Source: Octopus bimaculoides (lineage: Eukaryota). Taken from it: a DNA stretch of 56,041 nt. The notes under the pieces are model-generated. The model saw nothing but the letters and a program-made list of their open reading frames with translations, made no database searches and was not told the origin of the DNA. Below are positions 1 through 11,900 of the stretch, in pieces. The position numbers were made by a program, and so were the translations under genes. Location of the stretch: positions 40,688,075 to 40,744,115 of the forward strand of contig NC_068981.1 in the NCBI RefSeq assembly GCF_001194135.2, given 5' to 3'. Position 1 is the stretch's first letter; every line of letters begins with the position of its first letter.

Positions 1-260
1 TCATTACAGTATCGAAATGTGATTGTTTCAGTTAGTGGAATAGTTTCATTTTTAAAGTGAAAGTATTTGACATGAGTGTTTTTGTTTCACTTTTGACACG
101 TAATACTTAAATAGTGGAGGAGATATTATGTTGCCGTGGGCTCGAACTCTGCAAGAAGTTAAAAAATTTTTTTGACTAAAACACAACTGGAACCCTAAGT
201 AAGGCATCTGTAAAATTTGAATGAAATTGGTTGCGTAGTTCTCGATTTTTAGGGATTCAC

Positions 261-295
<35 letters not shown>

Positions 296-321
296 CACAT
301 TCTCATTTTTATATATATAGA
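1..321 (-). mobile_element. Non-autonomous Helitron/Helentron-like element, 5' part with (GTCT)n microsatellite
   Basis: Minus strand begins A|TCTATATATATAAAAATGAGAATGTGTGTCTGTCTG, then a core 'aaccaatttcattcaaattttacagatg'. Similar ends at 14345 (-) and 35175 (+). Confidence 0.6.
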
Positions 322-519
322 TTGTATACAAAATAAATCTTAATTGAAAATTTCTTCTTATTTAGTTTAGGAAAAAAAAAGCCTAACCGCACTTTTTAGT
401 GACTCTCAAAGAAAAGGAGAGACCATTTCGAAAGATTAAAATTTATTTCTCCAGTTAATTTGCATACTTAGGATATGCATTTGTACAATGCACAACATTT
501 TTGTTTCTCTTCGGGTGAT

Positions 520-950
520 TGCCTAGCATGATTTACGATAGTTGTCAAAATTCACCCATGTGGAATAGGTGAGTGAGTTTTGTAGGTGGTGTAGATGGCG
601 TTCTTTGCCTGTACTACTACAGTACAATTACATGTAAACCACTTTAAATATTTGGGTGTATTAAATTTGGTTGTATGAGATGCGTGAATAGATAATTGAT
701 GATTTCGATCACCTGCTCAACTGTCTTAGAGAAATCAAAAATTAGAATTTGCGGAATTTGATCGTGGTCTGTGTCAGCAAACGTCATGATGTGAAGTTTG
801 TATGTTTTATAAGTTCGTTTTATGTGAGACGAAATAGGTACTGACATTTTGAAACTGACATTTGTTTGAGAAAGACAACCAAATTCGTTCTGCGAAGAGT
901 CAGGTGTGAAGTGCATTTCCTGCCAAGCTATCATAAAACTAACGGACCTC
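520..950 (-). pseudogene. Degenerate APE-endonuclease-like fragment of a LINE
   Basis: Minus translation has IAWQEMHF (cf. xxxQETH motif) and later HMGEF* (cf. xGDFN), broken by stops. Confidence 0.35.
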
Positions 951-1371
951 CGATTTCTTAGAGGACTTATATACGTTTCGAAAGGTAGGATGTTTTGTAG
1001 TATGTAGATATGTGCTAGATACCTTTGATTATGTGATGGTCAGACTGTCCAATTCCTGCAGAGACAAGGAGAAAGATAAATATTTGGAATGATGTCTGTC
1101 CATGAGGCTAGGAGCAAATGATGATACTATTGCAAATGTTTCGGTTTCTGGTAAGGAGACCGAGAACCAAGAGGAATTTAATTCGGAGAGAGATGATTTG
1201 AGAAACAGTTAGTTAAACATTTGTAGGTCATCGGAAAAGTTTGTTTGTATTGGTAGTAGATGAATATAAACGGGTGAGGCTAGGAAAGTTTGAACCAGAG
1301 TCACGGAGTGATTTTTATTGCTGATATTTTTGTACTCGCTGAGTCTGGAAGAAATAGGGCAGTATCTATGA

Positions 1372-1700
1372 CTTTTATAAGTCCACTGAGCTTGATGTCG
1401 TTAATCTTCTGTTTAAATTGTTGCAAGTCAACATCGGTAGAAAAGTCGTGAGCAGGGAGAAGATTCTAGAGGCTCTGTACTGGCAAAGACTGAATATAGT
1501 TGTTAGTGCAACGTTGGAGGTGAAGTTGAATGTAACCATGATGACGCGAGATAGAAAGAATAAGTCGGGGTTTCTTGAATGGAGAGGTACTGGACATGCC
1601 TGCTCCGTGAAGTAAGACAAAGAGAATATAGTATGCCTGTAGACCAGGGATGGAGTATGTCTGTTAGTATTTAATAGTAACTAGACGGGTAACCTTCTCA
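1372..1700 (-). mobile_element. CR1/L2-like LINE ORF2 3' end remnant
   Basis: Minus ends ..LLPAHDFSTDVDLQQFKQKINDIKL; homologous to 5480-5790 and 46615-46990. Confidence 0.6.
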
Positions 1701-1740
1701 AGATACAGTCCAAGACATCTATGTGCGGATCAGTACCGTT

Positions 1741-2207
1741 CCAGTGATGAGCATGGTGAACGATTTCATCAAGAAATAAAAGTGGTAGAAAGCTGCTACA
1801 GTGGCAGACTTACACCAAACATGCTAACGGACTACTGCTGGTTTTTAAAACGAGAAATGGACATGCAACATAAGTGTAAAAAGAGGACGCCAAAGCTATT
1901 TTTGAAAAACATAAAATTAATAATATTCACTTTACACTTTTGTTTTGTGTTGTATTAATTTTGGAGCTACTTATCCATCTAGTTGCTATTGTTCTTATAC
2001 CAAATAACAGTAATTTACGCTTCACATAACATTCATTTTATTTGTCATGAATTTTCACATTATTGTAATTTTGATAGCAGTATAATAATGATAGCGCAAA
2101 AACCTGACATGCTAGAGCAAAAATGATTGCAGATTCGGAATCAGCTCTCCCAAATTACCTATGAGCACCATTTTGTCTAAAAGTAACCAAAATTTCGTTG
2201 TCTAGTG
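1741..2207 (+). mobile_element. CMC/Chapaev3-like DNA transposon 3' end with transposase C-terminus
   Basis: SDEHGERFHQEIKVVESCYSGRLTPNMLTDYCWFLKRE at ~1743-1857; terminus ..ttcgttgtctagtg (reverse complement begins CAC). Superfamily recalled from motif. Confidence 0.6.
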
Positions 2208-2760
2208 TAATCGTTGTGGAAACCAGCAAGTTGTAAGTTCTACATTGAAGTGATCTCTTCTTAGGTGAGGTCTAGAGGGCTCAGCCTTTCCTAGAATTTC
2301 CAGAAGAATACCAAAGAGAGCACTGGACCGCCTGACGGACTCCACTCCTGGATTGTCGAGGTTAACTTCCCGAGCTTCTTTCTTTACCGTGGAACTCACA
2401 CGGCAGTGAGGGTTTGTGTTTGAATTTCTTCCATAACATGCTAATTAACCTATAGCTAGGACCCTGACAGGTACTAATACTCCGAGTCAGAGTAGACCTA
2501 GGAACAACAGTGGATATGAGATGATTCTATACACCTCAAAACCTTGGATTCCATTTCCTGGTGCAGTTTATTTAGACAAATGTCTGAATAAAAGGTGGGG
2601 TAATTACAATTAGCCAGACCGTTTTTAATCGCAGGTCTGTTCAGTCAGGAGGTTCACAGGGGTCTAAACAACAACTATGATAAAACCATTATCAGGAATG
2701 TAACGGTTGGGTGCTGCTATCTGGACGTTGACTGGAAATTCAGACTGCTTAGGTGACAAG

Positions 2761-2762
2761 CA

Positions 2763-2817
<55 letters not shown>
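2761..2817. repeat. (CA)n microsatellite
   Basis: Direct reading. Confidence 0.95.
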
Positions 2818-3054
2818 ATGCGTGTGTGCAGAGCGCATAAATATGCAAATACAGACCGAAAGAGAGAGGTGATAGTGACATTACAATTTAGTAATTAAAC
2901 ACGATTGACATAAACACTTCCCTCGATTATTCACATTGAGAAATATGCTCTCTCACACATAAACAAGGAGAGAGAGACGGGATGAGTGAGAGAGAGGGGG
3001 AGAACCAGAGAAACATTGAAAAGGGAGAAGCATTGAAATGTCTGGTATGAAACA

Positions 3055-3061
3055 CGTCAGC

Positions 3062-3094
<33 letters not shown>

Positions 3095-3168
3095 AGCGTC
3101 GGCGTCAGCGTCGGCGTCAGCGTCGGCGTCGGCGTCGGCGTCGGCGTCAGCGTCGGCGTCAGCGTCAC
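3055..3168. repeat. GC-rich hexamer tandem repeat (CGTCGG/CGTCAG), ~19 units
   Basis: Direct reading; two alternating unit variants. Confidence 0.95.
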
Positions 3169-5479
3169 CAAACGGTTACACCAAAACAGCTGTGCCAGAA
3201 CTTGATAATGATATTATATCAATGATTTCACTCTTCATAGTCTCTACCTCCACCATTATCCATCAATGCTTCTACAGGAAGCTTTATGTACTCGTCCGAC
3301 TTGCTAGAAATACTAACTAAATTTCCCTTGTATCCAACCTTACTGTCTTACCAAGATATATCAAAAGTTGGGAAATCTAATTTTAGGTACATGGTACCAA
3401 GAAATATACGGGATGGTCATGGCCAGAGTGATTTTCATCCTAATTCAACTTAATCGGGGTTACTACTAGAGCTAAACAACAATTAACACCATAACCACCG
3501 CTAAAACTATTAGCATCGATCCATTGGAGAAATATATATGCAGCCATTCAACCTGCTAGATATACCATCCAAATCCCCGTCTTAAAATGCATAGATTCAC
3601 TAAGATAAGAAGATATGACATTTATGTCAGTGAAAACACACAATGGTTATAAGTCAAGTAGAATAGGACTGACTAGAGTTAAACAGCAACAATAGAATTC
3701 AACTTGTTAAATTAATAGTCCCTGCCAACTATTTTTATAAGTTTGTTACAGTCAGCGTCTCCGAGAGAAACCAAGCACGGCGGAACACGACTACTTTCGG
3801 ATCCCTAAAAGTAGGGGGGAGTAAGAGATTGAGCAGGGAAGTTTGTCAAAAATACACGAGTCCCCACGATTTCCACTGGTTCCGAAGCGTTGTTTCGGTT
3901 GAACTTAATTCATATAGGCGTCTGGTCACAGCAGCAGACTACAAATTGTATTCAGGTCACATCTCTTGGTAACACATAACACTCACCTTAGTGATTTTCA
4001 ACTGGCTAAGAAATATATTCATATAATAAATATAAGAGATACATCAATGAAATAATATTGACATGTCAACTATATAAGCAAAAAGGCGCTACATTAATGT
4101 TTAATGATATGTGTATATGTGTATGTGCATATGTATGCGCGTGTGTATGTGTGAGTGTGTCCTTGTATTATAAACCTAAACCAATACAATGTGGTTTCAG
4201 TACGACTTAGGAATGTGTCCTGCTACTTCTAATCCTTTATGATATTGTTACTAACAAACTGAACCACTTAAGCAATATATTCTCCCAATACAAAATATTA
4301 ATTGAGTTTATCACAATTAGAAACACAGAACATATTGCAGCTAAATTTTTCAAATTTGCACTCAAGATTTCTTCATGGTCCATTTTTGGAATAAAGGGAA
4401 CGAAAGTCATGTTTGAATATAATATCTTTAACCAGTCAAAACCTATCAGTTCAATTTAATCGAAATTAGACAACACCGAGAGAAATCCTTTATTTTTATA
4501 CTCAAATATGGTTCTTTATGGCTAACCTATTTTTTTGTGCAACTACTGTTATCACTTTCATGGAGATTTTCAACGCTGTGACCTCCTATTAGAGCAAGGC
4601 TCTGGCAGCAAGCGTGGTTATACCAGGATCTAACACTCACAAAAGAAAGTGTTACTGTAAGGTCATTTGGTTTGCCCCACCCTTCCCACTCAACGTTAAA
4701 ACTTGCATAAGGATCTTTTTTAGTTTAGTAAACAAGCATTTCACACACTCCCATAGGTATGGATGATTATTTAATACACAAAACTTAGGGGTCTCATTCA
4801 GCTATGCGCCCAGTGTTAAAAAGATTTTAGTGAACGCCACCCCTAGACCCCGTACAGAAGTAGGATGCTCACGTAGGGTTAACAGGGAATGCCCATTTGG
4901 CGACTGATGCAACTCCGAGAGTCCCTTTAAGCTGCATCTAAATTATCACTGATCCTCTTTTACGATCTCAGAGAAGCACAACGTTACGTGTTTAGCCAAA
5001 TACATATGGCATTTAAAAGAATAGAGAATGCTATACAGAATTTAATGGAAGATCCTGGAACAGCTTTGACCATAATTCAACGGGAGCCGTCGATGCAAAC
5101 TTTGTTTGTACCCGTACTATGTGGTGCACAATTTGAGACCCTCTCGTCCACAACTTTGCCTCATCCTATAGGAGATGATTAGCATTAAACAATATGGTTG
5201 TATGGCGAAGAGTATTTCTTAAGGATTTTTATTCTCCCTATAAAACAAAACCAATGCAGAATATGATCTCAGGTCTCAAAACTAGTCAAGTGCCAGTCAC
5301 TTTCTTTTCATTCTTTTTCATCTATTAGCAAGATATCTTTAGCACTAATTATGGATATAAACGCATACACTTTAACCTAGGAGATTGACACCTTACTTAT
5401 TTACTCTCTGCGATGCTGAACGAAAGTACTGTATAAGTATCTTCATAAGGAATCATTTGTTTCCTGTTTTCTGGCCTAC

Positions 5480-5790
5480 AGATGTGCTATCTCCTCTCTT
5501 CGTCTTTTTTTATCTCTACATTTATGTTCTCTGCTCCTCAGATCTTGTTGTTCTCATATCTCTACTAATCAGGTACCTCAACCTGCTCGTTTCTCCACCT
5601 CTTGTCACTCACCCCTGTTGCATCCTAGCACCACCACCATCATCCCGGGTACGTATTAAACCAATTTCTAGCTCTTCCTACTCAGAAATCAGTTCTCTGG
5701 AATCATCTCTCTCTGCCCATGGGTTTCTTGCAGGTGTTGATCTGCAGCAGTTTAAAATTAAAATTAGCAGCATCAAGTTCAGTGGTCAAG
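5480..5790 (+). mobile_element. CR1/L2-like LINE ORF2 3' end remnant
   Basis: ..LSAHGFLAGVDLQQFKIKISSIKF; homologous to the 1372 and 46615 copies. Confidence 0.55.
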
Positions 5791-6929
5791 GAGAGCCTGC
5801 AAAAGTCACAGACACTTCTTCTTCCTTCAGACTCAGCAATTAAAAAACCCAAAACTATCTTACTAAATATTTAACATAGTATTGACTTCTTTAACGTGTG
5901 AGACGAATTATAAACTTTTACTGGCATACTTAAGTTCAGCAAAATTTATAACAACCGAACTTTCCAAATTTAGACACAGTCATTTTGCAGAGCCCAGTCT
6001 AACTTTGGAATAGTCAGGAAATTATGTTAGAACCGAATATCATTAGTCTATCAAAACCTAACAGAACAATTTATTTATCATATACAACTTCTTCAGAAAC
6101 CACTCCCTACGCACAATTACGTAGAGAATGTTTTTTTCTTTTTTTTCTTTTTTGCACCCTACTAAAATTAAGCTACCTTTTAAATAAATAAACAATTCAA
6201 TGACTCACGACACATCCAAACAACTTAATTTTCCCAATATTTAAGAAATAGCTCTACGAAAGCTAACCATTAAACACTTGCTCGAGTTCAAAATCATAAA
6301 GTACTCAGAGATCTGCTGAAATTTATCGCTACATAAGGTATCTAAATCTCTTAGTAGCTAATATACGTCATTAGTTTAAACATTATGAATTAGTATCACT
6401 CAAAATAAATTATATCAATTCTACCGTTTCGTGATTTTTCATCATCACAGCATGGAAATTATATTGTCATTGAAACTGTTTTTCAAATATCTGTTAGAAA
6501 ACTGTTGTAATAATGCCCTTTTATTTGTTCTGTAGTGTTATAAATTCATTCATATTTAAGTCCACGCAAACATTTAAATTATCACGAATTTCGCAGTCTT
6601 TTGCATATATATGCACACATAGACGATCTTTTGATAGCAAACTGCAATGAGAACAGTAGCATTCAATATCTTCTAACGGCATTCAAACGACTTTTCAAAA
6701 ATGCTTACGTGCTATAAATCTCATTTAAATGTGGTCTTCTTTTTTTATATTTTGGCGTTTTTCCCAAGATATTGTGCAGAATTTCATTGATTCCCATGAA
6801 AAATAGTGCAATTAAAAAAACCTTTTTTTCTATATGCAAGGCACAATTGCAGAGTTTTATAGGCATGATAAACTTATTTCGCTTTTTTCCTTAACCGTGT
6901 TGAAGAAATGTTTCCATCAGGAAAGTTAA

Positions 6930-7470
6930 AATTAGATTTACAACCATATTTTTCACGCCGCTTTAACCGAAAACTTAAGGCGAATTACGAATACACTGAC
7001 TCATGTTATTTCCACCACATGTTAGAAAGAAGAGATTTTATCATCTATACAAACCACAAATACCTCACATATGTTCTGTCTTCGAACTCCAGTAAATATC
7101 CTCACCATGAAATTCATTACTTTTTCATAATGCCACTGCTTCATGCCGATGACTTTACACGTTCAAAACCAAGGACACAGTTGCCGATGCCTTAATTAGT
7201 TCGCATCAAGAAACTAGTTTTCACTAACACAACAGACTTTGCTGTTTTAGTAGTGGATCGAAATAATAGCAATTGTATATAGTCTGGATGTTCGACCAAT
7301 CACGCTATTCAACGCAGTAGTTTTATGCAACGTATCGAACGATTTTCTACAATACCTGACGCAATTCCTCTCCAAAAGTTCGTCATCGTGTTTACAGAAG
7401 TTGAAACTTTGGCCAGCAGATTCGTAGGACCTGGCGTCAATAAAGACGTGCGAACAAGGGACTGAAATCA
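6930..7470 (+). mobile_element. Ty3/Gypsy pol remnant (RNase H to integrase zinc-binding region)
   Basis: YFHHMLERRDFIIYTNHKYLTYVLSSNSSKY (Ty3 RNase H motif), then ASRFVGPGVNKDVRT (cf. SRFVWPGINKDVR); frameshifted. Confidence 0.8.
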
Positions 7471-7654
7471 TTTCTACCATAAGCGATCAAATTTTCAAAT
7501 ATTGCGAAATTTTCTACAAAGAATTCAACGTTCTTTTTTTGAACTTTGCAGCTATGCCACTTTATTTTCCACTGGGTATCTATATATTAGATATTCAATG
7601 ATTAATTTCTTAAACATTTAATGTACTTAGCTATATGGGATTATCCCTGAACAT

Positions 7655-7720
7655 GATTTGGTGATTAGGGTGTTGAGCTTATGATCGTAAAATCATAAGT
7701 TCGATTCCCGGACTGAGTGA
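7655..7720 (+). mobile_element. tRNA-derived SINE head fragment
   Basis: gtgattagggtgttgagc...aagttcgattcccgg (A/B-box-like); similar to 10670-10800. Confidence 0.5.
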
Positions 7721-8075
7721 TGCACCTGATGACCATTTCTAGACATGCAGTAAAGAGCTTTGGCAGTATGGTATCTCCTTCCTTGACACCCTTCTTAACT
7801 GAGACCTTTACTGGTAATATAATACTGGTAATCCGTTGAGTATCCAGAGTTTGATGTATTGCGCATCGACACCTTGAATTTCCCGAGATTTCAATACTGT
7901 TCATTTCGGCGCTATCGAAGGCCTTTTCGTAATCAATAAAAGCGATACACAGAGGAAGCTTGTGTTTGTTCATTCGTAGTGTGAGTGGTGTTAGAGTGAG
8001 TATGTGATTTATTGTAATATAATTCTTACGGAAACCTCTGCTGTTGGTCGTCGGGGTGTTTCGATAGCCTGGCAA
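7721..8075 (-). mobile_element. RTE-clade LINE RT fragment (inverted 5' segment)
   Basis: GFRKNY..LCIAFIDYEKAFDS..KKGVKEGDTILPKLFTACLEMVIR on minus strand. Confidence 0.85.
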
Positions 8076-8092
8076 CTATGGCCTTTGCAAAC

Positions 8093-8600
8093 AAGTTAAG
8101 TGAGACAAAAGGCATATGGGGCGAGCAACTAACACACCTCCGATTTGTAGATGACATTGTACTCGTCGTTGAAACCACAGACCAGCTGCAGACCATGCTG
8201 ACAGAGCTGAAAACTCAGAGCTTAGTTGTAAGTCTTAAAAGTAACTCACGAAAATAAAATATATGCGGTCGGAAGACCTAGCACAAGGCCGAATAGCGGT
8301 GGGAAGCGATGAAATCGAGGAAATAAAGGAGTACGTCTACTTAGAGTACACTGTGAATATACGCCGAGATATAGATACTGAAATAAGCGCAGGATGGAAC
8401 GCATTTAACTTAAAGGATGCGCTTCAAACAAAGCTAGACAATGCCATACGTACCAGACTCTTTAATAGCACCGTCCTACCTGCGCGGTGAGATGTGGACT
8501 ACTACAAAGAGGATAAAACAGCGATTGATTACGACGCAAAGGGTCATGGAAAGATCCATGCCAGAAACATCACTAAGAGAGCACATTCAAAATGAGATAA
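8093..8600 (+). mobile_element. RTE-clade LINE RT fragment (forward 3' segment)
   Basis: GEQLTHLRFVDDIVL..EYVYL..RLFNSTVLP..LITTQRVMERSM on plus strand. Confidence 0.85.
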
Positions 8601-8925
8601 TTCGAGGTGGTATCAAAAAGTCCCCGAACTAGATCTGTAGCATGCCAACAGATGGCAGCTCACGGTTGCGTGTGCAATGAGAGCTGGAAGTGACCTTCAT
8701 GAGATAGTGTGCCGAGTGACATTACTGTGTTTACTTCACAAGTTGTGAAATTTGGGATTTTGTGATCACGTGTATGCTGTAGTCTACTATTTTTGTCATG
8801 GACAGTAAGTTGGAACAGAGAGCCAACGTGAAATGTTACGTTAAACTTGGGATTAATGTGAGACGAAGCGATTTCGGTAGAGGCATAAGGTCAATCCAAA
8901 CAGCCTTTGAATATCGCATTGTATC
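8601..8925 (+). mobile_element. Internally deleted mariner element
   Basis: Starts ttcgaggtggtatcaaaaagt (mariner-like TIR) and contains MDSKLEQRANVKCYVKLG (mariner HTH N-terminus) at ~8798. Confidence 0.65.
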
Positions 8926-9089
8926 GCTCAAGATAACACCTGCTGAATAGTAAAGAAAGAAATGTATGCATTCCATGCATTCCTAAAAGTGATGGTAACA
9001 ACATCTTCAGAGTAAAAGAAGAGCTACTGTACTGGTACTTTAAGAATACAGCTGCTTCATGCGACCCAAAGGAGCCTGGATTGACCTAC

Positions 9090-9795
9090 CTACACAAACT
9101 TGGAAGAGAAGCAGGCATCATACCAGCACAAGGCAATGCATGGGTACATATCCCATAAGCTAGAGGGCAACAACAGCATTAACGGGAAGAGTATTTTCTC
9201 CTGGATCTGCAATATATACATTACATACCTAGAAGGATATGCTTTCGCTATCCAAGAACAGGAGATAACTATTGAATACCTGATAAACAAGGACAAAGAT
9301 ACCACCAAACCCTCACATTGTGATTTAAAAAATGTTGTGCTATATCAGCGTGGTTGATATCGCCCACATCATCAGTAGCTGCTCCAGAATGTATAGAGAT
9401 ACTACCTGCTCCTGAGACATGATATAGTTGCAAAGACTATTTACAATGTTATACGCAGGAAAGACTGCCTTGGCGTATACATCAAAGACATGTCGGTGCC
9501 CACAAGTATTCACACCTTTAAAAAACAAGAAATACTGGTGGAATACCTCCAACAAAAACCATCAATTCGGTGCAAAAATAATAGATCTGATATTGTTCTG
9601 TGGGACAGGGGACAAAATCATCCGCTGTTGTAGAGGTCAGCTGCCCAGCGGATGTAAATATACAATCAAAAACCCAGGTAAAAGAGAACATCTATGGTGA
9701 ATTAGTGCTCTTGTACTCTGACTATAAATTCTCATTTGTACTTATCATCATTGGTGTATTAGGTTATGTATCAACAAATTTGCACAAAGACCTAG
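9090..9795 (+). mobile_element. R4/Dong-clade (RLE) LINE C-terminal remnant, subfamily B
   Basis: HKAMHGY..EGYAFAIQEQEI..HIISSC..RHD..YWWN..VEVSCPADVNI..KENIYG..IIIGVLG; related to 39835-41000. Confidence 0.8.
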
Positions 9796-9799
9796 AAAT

Positions 9800-9868
9800 A
9801 CATACATGCACACATACATACATACATGCAAACATACATACATACATACATACATACATACATACATG
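9800..9868. repeat. (ATAC)n microsatellite
   Basis: Direct reading; further ATAC arrays at ~10100-10135, 33545-33620 and 39745-39830. Confidence 0.9.
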
Positions 9869-10669
9869 ATGGCTGCCCCCTCATTATCGAGTATGGCCAT
9901 TGCACGAGGCTTAACGTGACTTTTTAGCCCAGCTAAAGACCTACAATGTCTTGTACAGAATTGGCAGTTAAAACCTTTACCAACGATAGCCGGCTGTACT
10001 TGTAACTGGGCTTCATGTACCTTTGCATGTCGTTTAAGTCCTCCCGCCGAATTACACTCCCTTCCACATGCCTAACAGATATGATTAGTATGGTGTGTAG
10101 CATACATACATACATACATACATACATACATACGAATGTACGTATATACGCATATGTGTATCAAATCACAAATTTGATTGACAAACTCTGAGGATGTATA
10201 TTGTTTTCCTTTCATAAATGAAGTAGAGATCACGGTTTCTGCGTTAACTTCACCTTCGTAACACAAGATGAACACCTATATTAAAGCGATATTTGGCGAG
10301 CAAGATAGGACAGGTAGATTGCGTTTGGAGTTCTCAAGTTTCTTATGATCCGTCACCTCTTACATATTCTTGTTGTGCAATAACACGGTGACTGTGAGTA
10401 AGACCTTATTTGCATAAAAATGCATAAATATCATTGATTTGTGCCTGCGCCTTTTCTCTTGACTCTCACTGAATTTGCCCAAAGATAGTTTCAACAGCTA
10501 CCACTCTCTAGCGAGTATGACTTGATAGCATGTACCATACTTTCGCTAATAGTTTGAGGCACCTGTGCTACCTCGAGCTGACCCCGATACTCTTTCGATC
10601 CTACCACTCTAACCCAGAAGGACAGCCAGTATATCACAGCAGGAGAGACAGGGTTGCACCAGCACTAGG

Positions 10670-10800
10670 CCGATACTCATAAGGTCCGAGCAGCATGAAA
10701 TGAAGTATCTTGCTCAAGGACACAACGCGCTGCTCGGTCTAGGCATTGAATCCATGGCCTTATGATCCTATACTCAACACCCTAACCACTAAGCCACCTT
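10670..10800 (-). mobile_element. tRNA-derived SINE head with CORE-like segment
   Basis: Reverse complement: ggtggcttagtggttagggtgttg..ggattcaatgcc..gtgtccttgagcaagatactt. Confidence 0.6.
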
Positions 10801-10999
10801 CAGAAATAATTCCATTATTTATGAACATGAAATACTTAGGAGATTAATCATTGAGTGTATAGCATCCACGTATTCGATAGAAAAAAGTATAATTGCAAAA
10901 TTCTATTAAAACTCACAATCAGCCCCAGCCCTCCAACTGCCCTGCAGCAGTTTAGGTAAAACCAAGGCTTTCAACGCTTAGCGGAAACCAACCAATCTT

Positions 11000-11900
11000 A
11001 CAAACTACAATTTTGCTACACCATCATTTTGGACATGAAGGATACTTCCATGCATTACACATTCCTCAAGTATCCCCACTTTCCAAAATGTAGCCAGTCC
11101 ATCTCTTCCTTCTCTTTCGTTCAATCCTCATCTCTTTCACTTCTCAACCATGGTGGTTCTATGAGCAGTGCTCCAGCGGAAAAAAAACGTCTATATTCAA
11201 CGTCCGCTTTGTATCCAATCTCACAATACACGTACTTGGCAAATCTTTGCAAAATATATTCCTTCATCTCGTACACTCACACACTCATTCACACGCATAT
11301 TCGCGAGCACCTCTGGTTACTTCAAACAAATAATTACATAGCCCCTAACGATGTCCTTTGCATTACCTTCCAAAACTGAAGTCAAAAAACTTATCCTTTG
11401 TACTCATTAAACACTTCACTCTCTTTCTCTCTTCAGGAATATATCCCAAATTATGGAAATACACTACAGTGTGTGTCACAACCAAGAAAGTGTTCCTATG
11501 ATCCTGTTTGCTATTGTCCAAACACACTTGCTTCCATCATTTCAAAACTAATGGTGCAGTCATTAACAACCTACGGTACTGTATCAGGTATGTGAAATCC
11601 CTGCCAGGACTACCTGCCAGTGAGTACTCTCCACCTTCCTTGGATTGTTTTCTTCCTGTCTTGTCGTGCTTTCGTGACACGTGCTAGCAGAGTTTTCTCT
11701 GATTCATACGTTATCATCTCATGGAGGTTCCAGAAGTTTTGCTCCAGTGATTTTTTTCTTTCCCTATACACTCTTCCGTTTGCTCCAATAACGTCTAATC
11801 TTTCACAGATTATGCCAACCTTCATTTCTTCCTAACCTTTCGCATTCAGTATTATTCTCACTAATTTGCCACGAATCTCATAAGCAATTACTTTGAAGAC
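11000..11900 (-). mobile_element. Highly degenerate RTE-like LINE 3' region
   Basis: Purine-rich minus strand with broken motifs such as ..RKRWTGYIL (cf. RLRWxGHV). Confidence 0.3.

Noticed and set aside
2953-3171. Thr-Pro mucin-like ORF
   Set aside because: Only the hexamer repeat translated; no signal peptide or splice support.
4988-5182. 64-aa ORF, with a kringle-like look in an alternate frame
   Set aside because: The Cys pattern does not match a kringle and splice sites are weak.
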